Source: the human T2T-CHM13v2.0 reference genome, Homo sapiens. Taken from it: 64,000 nt of DNA. How positions within the stretch are numbered: the first letter of the stretch is position 1; the number at the start of each line of letters is the position of its first letter. The notes under the pieces were generated by a model. The model was not told where the DNA came from, did no database searches, and was given only the letters and a program-made list of their open reading frames with translations. Both the position numbers and the translations under genes were made by a program. Below are positions 1 through 21,762 of the stretch, piece after piece. Where the stretch lies: assembly GCF_009914755.1 (NCBI RefSeq), contig NC_060932.1; one strand, given 5' to 3'.

Positions 1-62
1 GGAAGGAAGGAAGGAAAGAAGGAAGAAAGGAAGGAAGGAAGGAAAGAAAGAGAGAGAGAGAG

Positions 63-105
<43 letters not shown>

Positions 106-248
106 AGGAAAAAAAGAAAGAAAGAGAGAAAGGGTGAGTGAAAGGGAAAGAAGGATGGAAGGAAAGAAAGAAAGACAAAGAAAAAGAGAGAGAAAGGAAA
201 AAGAAAGAAAGAAAAAAGAAAGGGAAGGAAGGTAGGAAAGAAGGAAGG
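1..248 (+). repeat. Purine-rich compound microsatellite (GGAA/GA/GAAA)n
   Basis: Runs of ggaa, ga and gaaa units read directly from the sequence. Confidence 0.95.
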
Positions 249-251
249 CCA

Positions 252-539
252 GTCAGGTGCGGTGGCTCATGCCTGTAATTCCAGCACTTTGAGAGGCTGA
301 GGCAGGCAGATTGCTTGAGTCCAGGAATTTGAGACCAGCCTGGGAAACATGGCGAAACCTCATCTCTGCAAAAAATATAAAAATTAGCTGGGCGTGGTGT
401 CAAGCACCTGTAGTCCAGCTACTTGGGAGGCTAAGAGGCTAAGGTGGGAGGATTGCTTGAGCCTAGGAGGTCAAGGCTGCAGTGAGCTGAGATTGCACCA
501 CTGCACTCCACCTGGGCGACAGATCCAGACCCAGTCTCA

Positions 540-587
<48 letters not shown>

Positions 588-600
588 AGGAAAAAGAAAG
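252..600 (+). mobile_element. Alu (AluJ-like) with (AAAG)n tail
   Basis: ggtgcggtggctcatgcctgtaattccagc...gagaccagcctgg...gtctcaa followed by an AAAG microsatellite. Confidence 0.9.
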
Positions 601-1079
601 AGAGTCTTAATAACAAATTTTATACAAAAATACTCTAGGTTAAAAAAACAGTGAGTTGATTTTTTAAAATACACTCAATAAATAATATTATAGACACAAT
701 GCTATGATAATATTGCAAAAAACATGAAGCGGTAGAATGCAAAATATTAAGGTGTGGGACACACTGAACAGGGATAATTCTCTCCTTTTTATAGATTCAT
801 GAATGGGTGGTGCATGGAGAGGACATGGGATTTGCTCATGAAGAGGATGAAAATATTTTTACATATAGTTCAGGGATTTGGCCTTACACTGTAGCAACCC
901 TATTCCACAAACACTAGGCCTGCTTGCTGTTTGACTGGTCATGGAGTTTTGATGATTTTGGGGTTGCCATCAAACAGAGCTTTCTCCTCCTTTCAATAAA
1001 TATTGTAAATACATTGTGAGAACAGCAGTTGTCTTAACATTTTATTGACGTACTTACATGTTTAGTGCTGAAATGATAA

Positions 1080-1452
<373 letters not shown>

Positions 1453-2790
1453 AGATCCTGGTCTTTTATCTGAAAATTGGCAGATTGGACAGCAACCAGT
1501 CTACACTTGTTCTCTAGAGCTGCTGTTCTGACATGTTTACTGCGAACAAATACATTTTGTTTTTATAGGGTGAATAATATCCTGAAATGGCACCTTAGGC
1601 TTCTCATTGCCCAATTTAAGCCAGTCCAACATATCCTCAGCCTTTAATTCCTTTCTTTATTTTAAATGTCTCATTAAGTCCTCAAAATTCACAAAGTTGA
1701 GTAATGAATGAAGGTAAGGCTTTTCATGGAGATTTTCTGTGGCTGTTGTTGTTGTTCACAGAGTTCTCACCTTAAAGATTTGTATCTGGAACATTTGTAA
1801 TCAACTAGCAGAGGCTTAATCCCCCTTCAGAGGAGGATCAAGCATTAATCTTCAGATTTCAAGTGTGTGGGTCCCAAACTCTGGGCCCGGAATCCTTAGT
1901 CCAGTTGCCAGAGGTCCACGGGTAATCCATGAAACCTCCCACTCTTATAGCATGTAGTAATGTTTTCTCTGAGACACTCTGTCAAAGGAGAATTCCAAAA
2001 CAAGTTGGAAAGATGTGAGCCCAGCCCTGGGGCCAGAGCTCTCAGCCATGTGAGTGGTAAGCAAGACTACAGTGAATTACAAGCAATCCCTGGACCGGCT
2101 TTCAAATCTTCCCAGGGAACAGCATGTCCCAAGGTCCTTTTAAGGCAGTCTACCCTCTCTTGTGTTAAATGCAGTTAAGACATCTTCCTGGTCTTAGAAA
2201 TATATCCTCCTTCTTAACTCCTGAATCAGCCTTGGTCAGAGGCCATGAGACCATAGTAACAAAGAATTTACAAGTGTTCAAACTGAATGCAGGCTGCAGT
2301 TAGGGGCACCCAGGTAAATACAGCTCCAAGCTTGAGACAGATCTTATGTGCCTGCTACGTAGCAGGCACTCATCACAATCCTTGGTGTCTCATCCTCACC
2401 TAGCCCAGCGCTCTCATTATGCCCTGGCTCCCCATACTCTCTAGTTTCACATGAGATATTCTGGTTCCCAAAGTGGAAGTTGCAGTTTTTGTCTGTTTTC
2501 TGCTCCTGGATGACTCTCCTCCTGCTCTGATCTGTAGTTCCCAACAGGCCTTTGTTCCTCCTCACCTCTTTTGTTCAACTCTCTTCACTTCTACTGTCAC
2601 CTTCTTCCCATCCCCATGGCCCAAAGTGCCCCTTTCACCTCTTCTTTAACTGGACACAGGGCTTTTCAGTTAAAACACTTCAGTGCTAGCTCAGGAATTC
2701 TACACAACACACTTGAAGATCCAGTTGCTTAAAGTTGACAAGTTGACATTCTGTGTTTACCACAGAAGGAAAACTTCCATATACTTGTAG

Positions 2791-3486
<696 letters not shown>

Positions 3487-3592
3487 GGGGTGGAGCCAAG
3501 ATGGCCGAATAGGAACAGCTCCAGTCTACAGCTCCCAGTGTGAGCAACGCAGAAGATGGGTGATTTCTGCATTTCCAACTGAGGTACCATGT

Positions 3593-3919
3593 TCATCTCA
3601 CTGGGGAGTGTCGGAAAGTGGGTGCAGTGCACCGAGCATGAGCCAAAGCATGGCAAGGCATCACCCGGTAAGCGCAAGGGGTCAGGGAATTCCCTTTCCT
3701 AGTCAAAGAAAGGGGTGACAGATGGCACCTGGAAAATCGGGTCACTCCCACCCTAACACTGCACTTTTCCAATGGTCTTAGCAAACGGCACCCCAGGAGA
3801 TTATATCCCATGCCTGGCTTGGAGGATCCTACACCCACGGAGCCTTGCTCATTGCTAGCACAGCAGTCTGAGATCAAACTGCAAGGCGGCAGCAAGGCTG
3901 GGGGAGGGGTGCCCGCCAT
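3593..3919 (-). CDS. L1 ORF0 homologue (antisense ORF in 5'UTR), 108 codons open
   Basis: MAGTPPPALLPPCSLISDCCASNEQGSVGVG...RVGVTRFSRC matches primate L1 ORF0; ATG at 3919-3917. Expression unknown. Confidence 0.6.
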   Translation of the reverse strand: MAGTPPPALLPPCSLISDCCASNEQGSVGVGSSKPGMGYNLLGCRLLRPLEKCSVRVGVTRFSRCHLSPLSLTRKGNSLTPCAYRVMPCHALAHARCTAPTFRHSPVR

Positions 3920-4494
3920 TGCCGAGGCTTGAGTAGGTAAACAAAGCGGCCGGGAAGCTCGAACTGGGTGGAGCCCACCACAGCTCAAGGAGGCCTGCCT
4001 GCCTCTGTAGACTCCACCTCTGGGGGCAGGGCATAGCCAAACAAAAGGCAGCAGAAACCTCTGCAGACTTAAATGTCCCTGTCTGACAGCTTTGAAGAGA
4101 GTAGTGGTTCTCCCAGCACGCAGCTGGAGATCTGAGAACAGACAGACTGCCTCCTCAAGTGGGTCCCTGACCCCCGAGTAGCCTAACTGGGAGGCACCCC
4201 CCAGTAGGGGCAGACTGACACCTCACACAGCCGGGTATTCCTCTGAGACAAAACTTCCAGAGGAACAACCAGGCAGCAACATTTGCTGTTCACCAATATC
4301 CACTGTTCTGCAGCCTCCACTGCTGATACCTAGGCAAACAAGGTCTGGAGTGGACCTCCAGCAAACTCCAACAGACCTGCAGCTGAGAGTCCTGACTGTT
4401 AGAAGGAAAACTAACAAACAGAAAGGACACCCACACCAAAACCCCATCTGTGCATCACCATCATCAAAGACCAAAGGTAGATAAAACCACAAAG

Positions 4495-5514
4495 ACTGGG
4501 AAAAAACAGAGCAGAAAAACTGGAAACTCTAAAAATCAGAGTGCCCCTCCTCCTCCAAAGGAACGTAGCTCCTCACCAGCAACGGAACAAAGCTGGATGG
4601 AGAATTACTTTGACGAGTTGACAGAAGAAGGATTCAGATGATCAAACTACTCCAAGCTAAAAGAGGAAGTTCGAACCCATGGCAAAGAAGTTAAAAACCT
4701 TGAAAGAAAATTAGATGAATGGCTAACTAGAATAACCAGCGCAGAGAAGTCCTTAAAGGACCTGATGGAGCTGAAAACCAAGGCATGAGAACTACGTGAT
4801 GAATGAAAAAGCCTCAGTAGCTGATTCGATCAACTGGAAGAAAGGGTATCAGTGATGGAAGATCAAATGAATGAAATGAAGCAAGAAGAGAAGTTTAGAG
4901 AAAAAAGAATAAAAAGAAATGAACAAAGCCTCCAAGAAATATGGGACTATGTAAAAAGACCAAATCTACGTCTGATTGATGTACCTGAAAGTGACGGGGA
5001 GAATGGAACCAAGTTGGAAAACACTCTGCAGGATATTATCCAGGAGAACTTCCCCAATCTGGTAAGGCAGGGCAACATTCAAATTCAGGAAATACAGAGA
5101 ATGCCACAAAGATACTCCTCAAGAAGAGCAACTCCAAGACACATTTAATTGTCAGATTCACCAAAGTCGAAATGAAGGAAAAAAATGTTAAGGGCAGCCA
5201 GAGAGAAAGGTCGGGTTACCCACAAAGGGAAGCCCATCAGACTAACAGCTGATCTCTTGGCAGAAACTCTACAAGCCAGAAGAGAGTGGGGGCCAATATT
5301 CAACATTCTTAAAGAAAAGAATTTTCAACCCAGAATTTCATATCCAGCCAAACTAAGCTTCATAACTGAAGGAGAAATAAAATACTTTTCAGACAAGCAA
5401 ATGCTGAGAGATTTTGTCACCACCAGTCCTGCACTAAAAGAGCTCCTGAAGGAAGCACTAAACATGGAAAGGAACAACCGGTACCAGCCACTGCAAAAAC
5501 ATGCCAGATTGTAA
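4495..5514 (+). pseudogene. L1 ORF1p remnant
   Basis: (T)GKKQSRKTGNSKNQS...RPNLRLI...YPAKLSF...YQPLQKHARL; ATG lost, TGA at 4639-4641, further stops and frameshifts. Confidence 0.95.
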
Positions 5515-5577
5515 AGACCATCGAGGCTAGTAAGAAACTGCACCAACTAATGAGCAAAATAACCAGCTAACATCATA

Positions 5578-9369
<3,792 letters not shown>

Positions 9370-11219
9370 ACAATGAGAACACATGGACACAGGAAGGGGA
9401 ACATCACACAACAGGGCCTGTTGTGGGGCGGGGGGAGGGGGGAGGGATAGCATTAGGAGATATACCTAATGTTAAATGACGAGTTAATGGGTGCAGCACA
9501 CCAACATGGCACATGTATATATGTGTAACTAACCTGCACGTTGTGCACATGTACCCTAAAACTTAAAGTATAGTAATAAAAAAAAGTAAGAAAATGGTGT
9601 GAAAATACATGTTTAATATATAAGAATGTATCTTGTGCTACGTTTTTGGTATCATCATTAAGAAGTAAGAAGCCTCTTAAGAGAGGCTTGTATGTTTCCT
9701 GACCAGTTCCAAGCTTCTGCTAAGTAGTCAACAGATCAGGTGAATTCATCTCCCCAGCTTAGCTCACTGTCCCTGGTAAGGACATGTGGCAGAGATAGCC
9801 CATCTGCAGGCCAGGGAACTGTGATGCAGTCTGGTTCAATGGCTAAGCCAGTCAAATCCTTTTCTTGGGGATTTAGCAAAGACATCCAGAGGGAAGTTAG
9901 TTCCAATGGCTGGACCCGGGAGATCACACAGATTTGGGTGCTGAACAGCCATTTTGGGCCATGTGTAGACAAATAACAAGAAATACTGAACTGGGAAGAA
10001 AGAGGATAAAAGAGGCAATGTACAGACAGCTACTTTGCTGTAAGCAGAGGAGTTGGAAATGTGAAAGAGTGTAGCATGGAGCTGCCTTGATTCCTGCTTT
10101 TCCTGAGGCTGGGTTTCTTAGCTTTTCCAGGGCTCCCAGGCATACATGTCCTTTCAATAAACCTTACTTTTTCTGTAACAATTTGAGTGAGTCTGTGTTC
10201 CTGATTAAAGCCACAGTAGATCCTCTGAGGAAGGTAGTCTTTATGGGCACTAAGCAGGGTGCCCATCAGAGCTCTCTCTAAGGGCAGATTGGTTAGTGAC
10301 CACTTCTCAGTATTGGCTTGGACATCAGCCCAGGGGATGCAGCCCTCTTACTAGATATGTCTAATGTTACATGACCAGTTCCTGGATTCTGCTGTGGGAA
10401 GTTCCAACTTCCAGGGATAGGATCCACTACTGAGGTTGGTAAGGGGACTACTTAGGAAAGAATCAGTTCCAGCCATTTGTCTACCCTCAGGTTACTCCAC
10501 TTAAAATAGGTCCTGGCAAAAGGAACCTGACTGGGCCAAGTTGGGTCTCATGCTCAACTCCTGGGGGGAGATCGGGTAGCACAACTTGATTGGCTTTCTC
10601 AGCAAGAAAGACTGCCCTCAATGGAAAAATGTAATTTCCCTAAAGGAAATCGAACCATTGCTTTCAGAATAAAGGGAAATGGACTCTAGCAAGTAAAACA
10701 ACAAATGCTCACCACGGTGGTGGAACTGAGATTCAAACAGTCTTTCTACCACTTGCCAATCGGAGTAGTAACAAACGTGTCTTTATACAGAAACAAAATC
10801 CGTCTCCCTCCAACTTTGCCTTATTGGTCCTGGTTTTCCAGCTTGGAGTCCCACAGCACCAGCCTATTCTTTCTGCCCTCTGACTGTCCTTCAGTTACAT
10901 GAAGGCAGTTAGCATACTCTCTCTCCTTGATCCCCCGGCCCTGGTCTCAACTCCTAGCTTTAAACATTCTGGTTCCTTAAACTCTTCCTCATGGAATGTG
11001 GTGTGAGTTAGCTTCTCCACTCTGGTTGTTCTTTTAAAAACCAGCTTCAGATTTTGAATTTTCCCACTTCAAATGTGGTGACCAGAGGAACCCAGGGGCA
11101 ACACTTCAGGTATGTTTTGTCCCAAGTAGAGTAGAGCAGAGCATCTCAGAATCTTAAAACCCTAAAGATCAAACTGTCATTTGTTTCCACATCCTGTCTG
11201 ACACAGGTGCTAGTGCTGA

Positions 11220-11713
<494 letters not shown>

Positions 11714-12454
11714 TCAATATACTTATTACAATTACCATTTATTATTATTCCTTTATAAAATCCACCCCAAGTAAGTGGCTATCCAGCCTGTCCATAACCA
11801 CTGAAAGAGGATCAGCCAGAGGAGTCATGTCTGTCCTTTAGAGTTTGCACAAAGGCACACAAGGGATGGATCAGTCAAAGAACACAGCATTCAGGATTTA
11901 TCTACACTACTAGAAGGAAATATTATCAGGGAAATGACAGCAGGACTTCGTGGGAAGATGTGGAACGCCACAGGGAAAGGAAAAGGCTTTGGGGTTCTTT
12001 CCTCTGGGAGGTAAAGTGCAAGCTAATTTTGCTTTGGTGTTTTTTTGGGATTTGCAGGAAGTAGTCATTATGTCAGAATCCATGAAGATTGAGTTCCAAT
12101 TATCAAGGGGTGAAAATCGCCAAGCAAATATTTGTCATTGATAAGATACTTCATAATCAGAGTGGCTTCTCACACCCATAGTAAGCTCTGCTGGCAGGGC
12201 TTTCGAACTTGAATTCCCTGCTCCGACACTAATTAGACAAATAAAACAAAGCAGGCCTGGAGTAAATGTAGCATATGCCCTAGAAAATGCCCACTGTCCT
12301 TTGCCTCACTACAACATTGCTACTGAAGGTGTCTCAGCATGGCTGGGGAGTGGTAGAGGTTAAGGTCATTGTCTCTGGAATGATAATCAGTGAAATAAAA
12401 GACAAAGACATGATTTAAAGTGTGTGAACCACTGAGAGGTCATCAAGGAGATAG

Positions 12455-12810
12455 TTAAAAGAACAGATTTTGGAATCAAATATAATAATTAGACTTCATG
12501 AAGTCTAATCTGTCCATGAAGGACCAACTATACCTTGTCCATCATGGTATCGTAAACCCCTGGCGTTGTGCCTGAGTCAGAGCAGGAGTTCAAGAACTAT
12601 CATTGATGGAATGAACTGTCTAGTTTCAGATCCTAGCTCTGCCACTTATAACAGTATGACTGTAGGCAGGTCCTGGAACTTCTCTCTGCCTCAGTGTCCT
12701 GGTTTGTAAAATGGGATCATGAAAACACCTGCCTCAGAATCGTTGTGAGACTCAAAGAGAAAATGCAGACAGTTCAGCATAGCACATAGTAAGAAGCCTG
12801 TAACCTCAAG
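12455..12810 (+). mobile_element. MIR interrupted by an L2 3' end fragment (about 12490-12615)
   Basis: MIR start gttaaaagaacagattttggaatcaaa, L2-like 3' end ending gaatgaa, then MIR core ctgcctcagtgtcctggtttgtaaaatgggat. Confidence 0.55.
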
Positions 12811-12849
12811 TTGTTCTTGTTCTGACTTTACATTATTATTATTACTATT

Positions 12850-13005
12850 GATTTTTTTTTTTAAGAGTGACAAGGTCTTGCTCTGTTTTCTGGGCCAGAG
12901 TGCAACGGCATGCACACAGGTCACTGCAGCCTCAACCTCCTGGGCTCAAGCGATCCTCAGCCTCCCACGTAGCTGAGACTACAAGCACTTGCCACTGTGC
13001 CCAGC
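12850..13005 (-). mobile_element. Alu monomer (FRAM/AluJ right arm)
   Basis: Poly-T plus a partial reverse Alu. Confidence 0.8.
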
Positions 13006-13674
13006 TCTAGTATTACTGATTTTTAAATAAATTCTGGTAAGTAGTCTGTAAAATAATAACCTTCGTATTACACAAATAAAGAGTTAAGTTGCCACAGCAA
13101 CACCTGTTTTACCACTAGCAGTAATCAACAATGAGACTGCTAAGTTTTTGTTTGCTTGTTTGCTTTTTGCCAGTCAAATTTTAAGATCCTCTTCTTTGCT
13201 GTAATTAACTCTTCGGACTGGCGAGGTGCTTTCAGTGGAATCACCAGCTGCTAATTCTTCTTTGCCTCTCCCATCTCACTGCTGGGACTTCAGTGATGTG
13301 CACCCTGGACTGCGTCTTAGGGCCTCAGAGCCTTGAGAGGACACAGAAGAATGGAAAGTACCTACCATTTAATTGGAGCTGACAATTTCGGCTATGAAAA
13401 GAAACAATGTAAAAGAAGAGGGGGTTTTATTTTTTAGAAAACTAACTTGGTAAATTAAAGAAGAAAAGATTAATTACTTGGAAATTTTCAGAGTTTTGAG
13501 GATGTTTTAGCAGTGTTTCATATTACGTTATAATTTTCAAGTCCCAGTCTCCCTGAGTTTGACTTTTGTCTTCTCACCAACCATGAGTATGATATAGGGT
13601 AATTCAGCTGATACTATCAAAAAGCCCTTTGAATTTAAAAGGAAGTCACGTTAACAGAGGTGGGTCTGTGTCTA

Positions 13675-13688
13675 TGTGTGTGTGTGTG

Positions 13689-13743
<55 letters not shown>
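13675..13743. repeat. Compound (TG)n(TA)n(CA)n(TA)n microsatellite
   Basis: Read directly. Confidence 0.95.
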
Positions 13744-13760
13744 ATATTATCCTAATCTAT

Positions 13761-14398
<638 letters not shown>

Positions 14399-14799
14399 AA
14401 TAGTACTTTTAACTTTCAAAATGTACACATCATCTACAATTTATTGAGGAAAAAAAACCAGTATTTTGCCTTTTTCGGTGTCTTCTGCGGCAATGCTGAG
14501 AGAAACAGCCAATATTTCTGGACAATCTCAAGCAAGGCATCACCCTTCAAGAAGCCTGTCTTCTGCTCTCGACAATATTATGGCCTCTTTAAAAAGGAAA
14601 AGAAAAGAAAAGAAAAAAAGCTGTCCGAGGAGGAGAGGGATGACTTTTCACATCTATTATCTTTGGCATTTTGTACCAGTCTGGGGTTTCTCAAGTCTTG
14701 AGACAAAAAGCACACATTCATTTTAGACATTAAAAAAAAAGTTCTGAATGCCTTTGCAGTTTCTTCCTTGAGCTGTCTTCAGGGAACTATTTATTTTGC

Positions 14800-16857
<2,058 letters not shown>

Positions 16858-16964
16858 TAATTAGCATGATTTTCCTGCTTCTGAACACAAAATTTTCCAC
16901 AAATACTAAACTGTTTTGCCGTCAACTTTGATTCAACCCCAAAGCTCCTCATTTTAATGCTTTT

Positions 16965-17165
16965 TTCTGGCTTACTGCACCATGGACTAGCTGTGAAACA
17001 CAGAGCAAGTTACATCAACTCTCTAAGTCTAAGCTTCCTTATCTGCAAAAGGGGAACAATTGTCCTATTTCCCTAATAGCATCATTGTGTAGAATAAATG
17101 AGATAAAGTTCCCTGACTGGTATGGGGCCTCGCACATAAAAAGTCTTTAATAAATGTTAGCTATT
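16965..17165 (+). mobile_element. MIR fragment
   Basis: agcaagttacatcaactctctaagtctaagcttccttatctgcaaaagggga...taaatgttagctatt. Confidence 0.7.
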
Positions 17166-17270
17166 TTTGCTCTTGTTGATATAAAACTTATTAAAATATT
17201 GACCCACCTGTCCCAGTTTCAGAATGGTATGTCTGACAATCAAAAAGTAACTTCAAAATAACTCAAAGTT

Positions 17271-17966
<696 letters not shown>

Positions 17967-18383
17967 CGAAAATGCTCTCCGAAGGAGAGAATACTTTTGG
18001 ATTATGGTTTGAAGTCTTTTCTACCCTTGGCTCAGTGAGTTCAACTGCCTTCATAGCAGTGGCTGTGTCAGTAACTGCTCCTCTCTGACCTTTTTCTTAG
18101 CCCACCATGCTGATGACAAAGCAGGCTTTCAGAGACAGGCAAAGAATCCAAAGACGGACAGAATCCACTAACTAAGTGACCAACTCTCAAATCCTCAAAT
18201 GGTGACAGTTCTTTTCAATGTCATGGCTTTTCTAGAATAGGAATGGCCCAAGGCCACCCACAGCCTACATCCTGGCCACTAGGGATGGGTAGGGATGCAC
18301 TAGTCAAGTGAGAAATCCTGGACATCTGACCCAGGGGTTAGTAAGGAAGTAAATCAGTTAAGGTCCTGAGAGGTACAATGATA

Positions 18384-18425
18384 TTAGGTTGATGCAAAAG
18401 TAATTGTGGTTTTGCACCAACCTAA
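18384..18425. mobile_element. MADE1 (Hsmar1-derived MITE), internally deleted
   Basis: TA-ttaggttgatgcaaaagtaattgtggttttgcaccaacctaa-TA: MADE1 terminal inverted repeats with TA duplication. Confidence 0.88.
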
Positions 18426-18787
18426 TATAACCAACAAATATTTGCTGAATCCATGCTGACTGAACTCACCACACCTAATAAATCACAAATCCCATCATCT
18501 CTACCTCCTAACTCCCTCTCAAATCCACTGACTGCTCTACATCCTCATTGCTTTGATCCCCATTTACGGCAGCAATATATTGCATTTGAATGAAGACAAC
18601 AGCCTCCTACTTGGTCTTCTAGCAGTGGTTTACGTGGTTTTTGGTAGTCTCTGCTGAGGTTTATCTTGCCAGTCTCCCCTCTAGACTCTCCCCATCCCTG
18701 ATCTAGGAATGCTGTAAATGCTGTTCCCTCTGCTTGGAAGACTTTCCTCCCCTAACCCCTACTCATCCATCAGGTCTCTCCTTAGCC

Positions 18788-18902
18788 ATCTCTCTCTCTC
18801 TCTCTCTCTCCTTCATTCCTTCATTCCTCTCTCTCTTTCTTTCTCTCTCTCTCTTCCTTCCCTCCCTCCCTCCTTCTGTCCCTCTCTTTCTTTCTTTCTC
18901 CT

Positions 18903-18950
<48 letters not shown>

Positions 18951-19297
18951 TCCTTCTCTCTCTCTTTCTTTCTTTCTTTCTTTCCTTTTCTTTTCTTTTG
19001 AGACAAGGTCTTGCTTTGTAGCCCAGGCTGGAGTACAGTGACACGATCTTGGTTCACTGCAACATCCACCTGCTGGGCTGAAGCAATATATATATATTTT
19101 TTAGCAATATTTTCATCTCAGCCTCCCAAGTAGCTGGGACTACAGGCACTCACCAACACACCTGGCTAATTTTTTTTTAGTAGAGATGAGGTTTCACCAT
19201 GTTGCCTAGGCTGGTCCCGAACTCCTTGGCTCAAGCGATCCGCCTGCCTTGGCCTCCTAAATTGTTGGGGTTACAGGTGTGAGCCACCACACCTGGC
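18788..19297 (-). mobile_element. AluJ-like element with a large (TC)/(TTTC)n tail microsatellite
   Basis: Pyrimidine tract 18788-18998 followed by reverse Alu. Confidence 0.9.
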
Positions 19298-20369
19298 TGA
19301 CATCACTTTCTACAGAATGTCTACACAGTACCAAAACTGGGATATGACCTTGTTCCCTCCAACCCAGTGTCTAAGCAGCAGGATGCCAGGCATGGCTTCC
19401 ACCTGGTCACCGTGGCACACCATGCCTAGCATAGTGCTTGATCCATCATAGCTGCTCAACATGTGTTTTCTCACTTAATCAGTGTAACCATCCTAGAATA
19501 TCAGCATGGCCATGCCCACTTGACAAATGAAGAAACAAGTTTAGAGACATGAAGTAACTCCCCCAAGGTCATCCAGCTAGTATAGGATAGAGCCCACATT
19601 TTAATCTGGGTCTCTGGGCTGCTGAACCCTGTGCTTTTAACTTCTACAAGATGCTGCCCCAAGAATATTCAATTCACTTCATAATTAAATGGAGGTCAGA
19701 CAGTTAGTTAATGAGGGCCTGAGTCACTAATGAAAGAGATCAAAAGGTCTGGCTCCCCTGAAATTCAGATTCAAGCAACCGTCTGACTACCCTGTCAGTA
19801 TTTTTGCTTTTAGTTTCGATGCTAGCATTTAGAAGGTTTCATGAGAGAATAGGGTCTAGGGGACACAGTCCTCCAGATGCAAGAATGCAGGGAGTAGCTT
19901 AGAGAGAATGCCATCCTGAGACGAGGAGGTAGAGCTCAGGGGAGGCAACCAAGAGAAGCAGCCCAGGTGTATGTTAAGGGAACAAGAGAATGTAATACCC
20001 CACCTCCCCTGGGACCCCAGACCTTGGAGCTCAGAGGAGAGAAGGTAAACTTGATGCCAAACAAGGACTGTCCTGGGCCCAGTGATGGTTAATGACATAG
20101 CAGAGGGGGCTTAAATTTGGGGTGCTGGAAAGGACATGGAATGAGTACAAACCAAATACTGTCTAGTGTTTCACTCACGTGTTCCTGAGAGGAATTCAGA
20201 TTAAATGTTTGAGTTAGAGCAGAGAAGGACATGAGGACATCAGATGATCCTGTCCTGCCCCAGAAGAGAATGAGAGTCTACCTCATTTGGCCAAGGGCTT
20301 TGGTGGGGAGTGAGCATGAAGAAGTCTTCCCACCTCCCCTTTTCTCAAACTAGCTGTGCCCATCTGCAC

Positions 20370-21005
<636 letters not shown>

Positions 21006-21389
21006 TCACTTGTGTTGTTTTGGGTCCTCCCTCTCCTGCCTTCTCTTTGCCCCACAACCATTGCCTCCTGGATCTTTGGTTTCTGCTGAAGATGAGATTC
21101 AAGGCCCTGGGCAAATAAATAAGATTAGAAACTTACAGAAGGTAGCAGGTTTATTGAACAAATGATATGAAAAAGGAACGTCTTCCTTAAACTAGTCATC
21201 GTAAGTCCTTTCTAGACAAAGCAAGGTAGGTAGAAAATAATGAAATAAAATAAAAATTAATATTGAAATTAAAAAGGGAAGGGTGATGATGCTGTTTATA
21301 AAAATTCTTTGAATATAGAAATATAGAACTTAAACCTACTGAGTCATCAGTAGCACCCATTGGGTCAGCTAAAGAAAAAAGCGTGTCAG

Positions 21390-21762
21390 CATATACACCA
21401 TGGAATACCATGCAGCCATAAAAAATGATGAGTTCATGTCCTTTGTAGGGACGTGGATGAAATTGGAAATCATCATTCTCAGTAAACTATCGCAAGGACA
21501 AAAAACCAAACACCGCCTGTTCTCACTCATAGATGGGAATTGAACAAGGAGAACACATGGACACAGGAAGGGGAACGTCACACTCTGGGGACTGTTGTGG
21601 GGTGGGGGGAGAGGGGAGGGATAGCATTAGGAGATATACCTAATGTTAAATGATGAGTTAATGGGTGCAGCACACCAGCATGGCACATGTATACATATGT
21701 AACTAACCTGCACATTGTGCACATGTACCCTAAAACTTAAAGTAAAATAATAATAAAAAAAA
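21390..21762 (+). mobile_element. 5'-truncated young L1 (L1PA2/3-like) 3' end
   Basis: catatacaccatggaatac...aaattggaaatcatcattctcagtaaactatcg...taaaacttaaagta plus A tail; TSD aaaaaagcgtgtcag / aaaaatagcatgtcag. Confidence 0.93.

Noticed and set aside
1-45. GGAA repeats as an EWS-FLI1-type enhancer
   Set aside because: Consecutive GGAA runs are short and interrupted, and the tract is cut by the window edge.
9423-9447. G-quadruplex-like G-tract
   Set aside because: A standard feature of L1PA 3'UTRs, also present near 21600.
18718-19069. Lys/Glu/Arg-rich and Phe/Leu/Ser-rich ORFs (also at 55386-55687 and 58776-59207)
   Set aside because: Artefacts of purine/pyrimidine microsatellites that lack stop codons.
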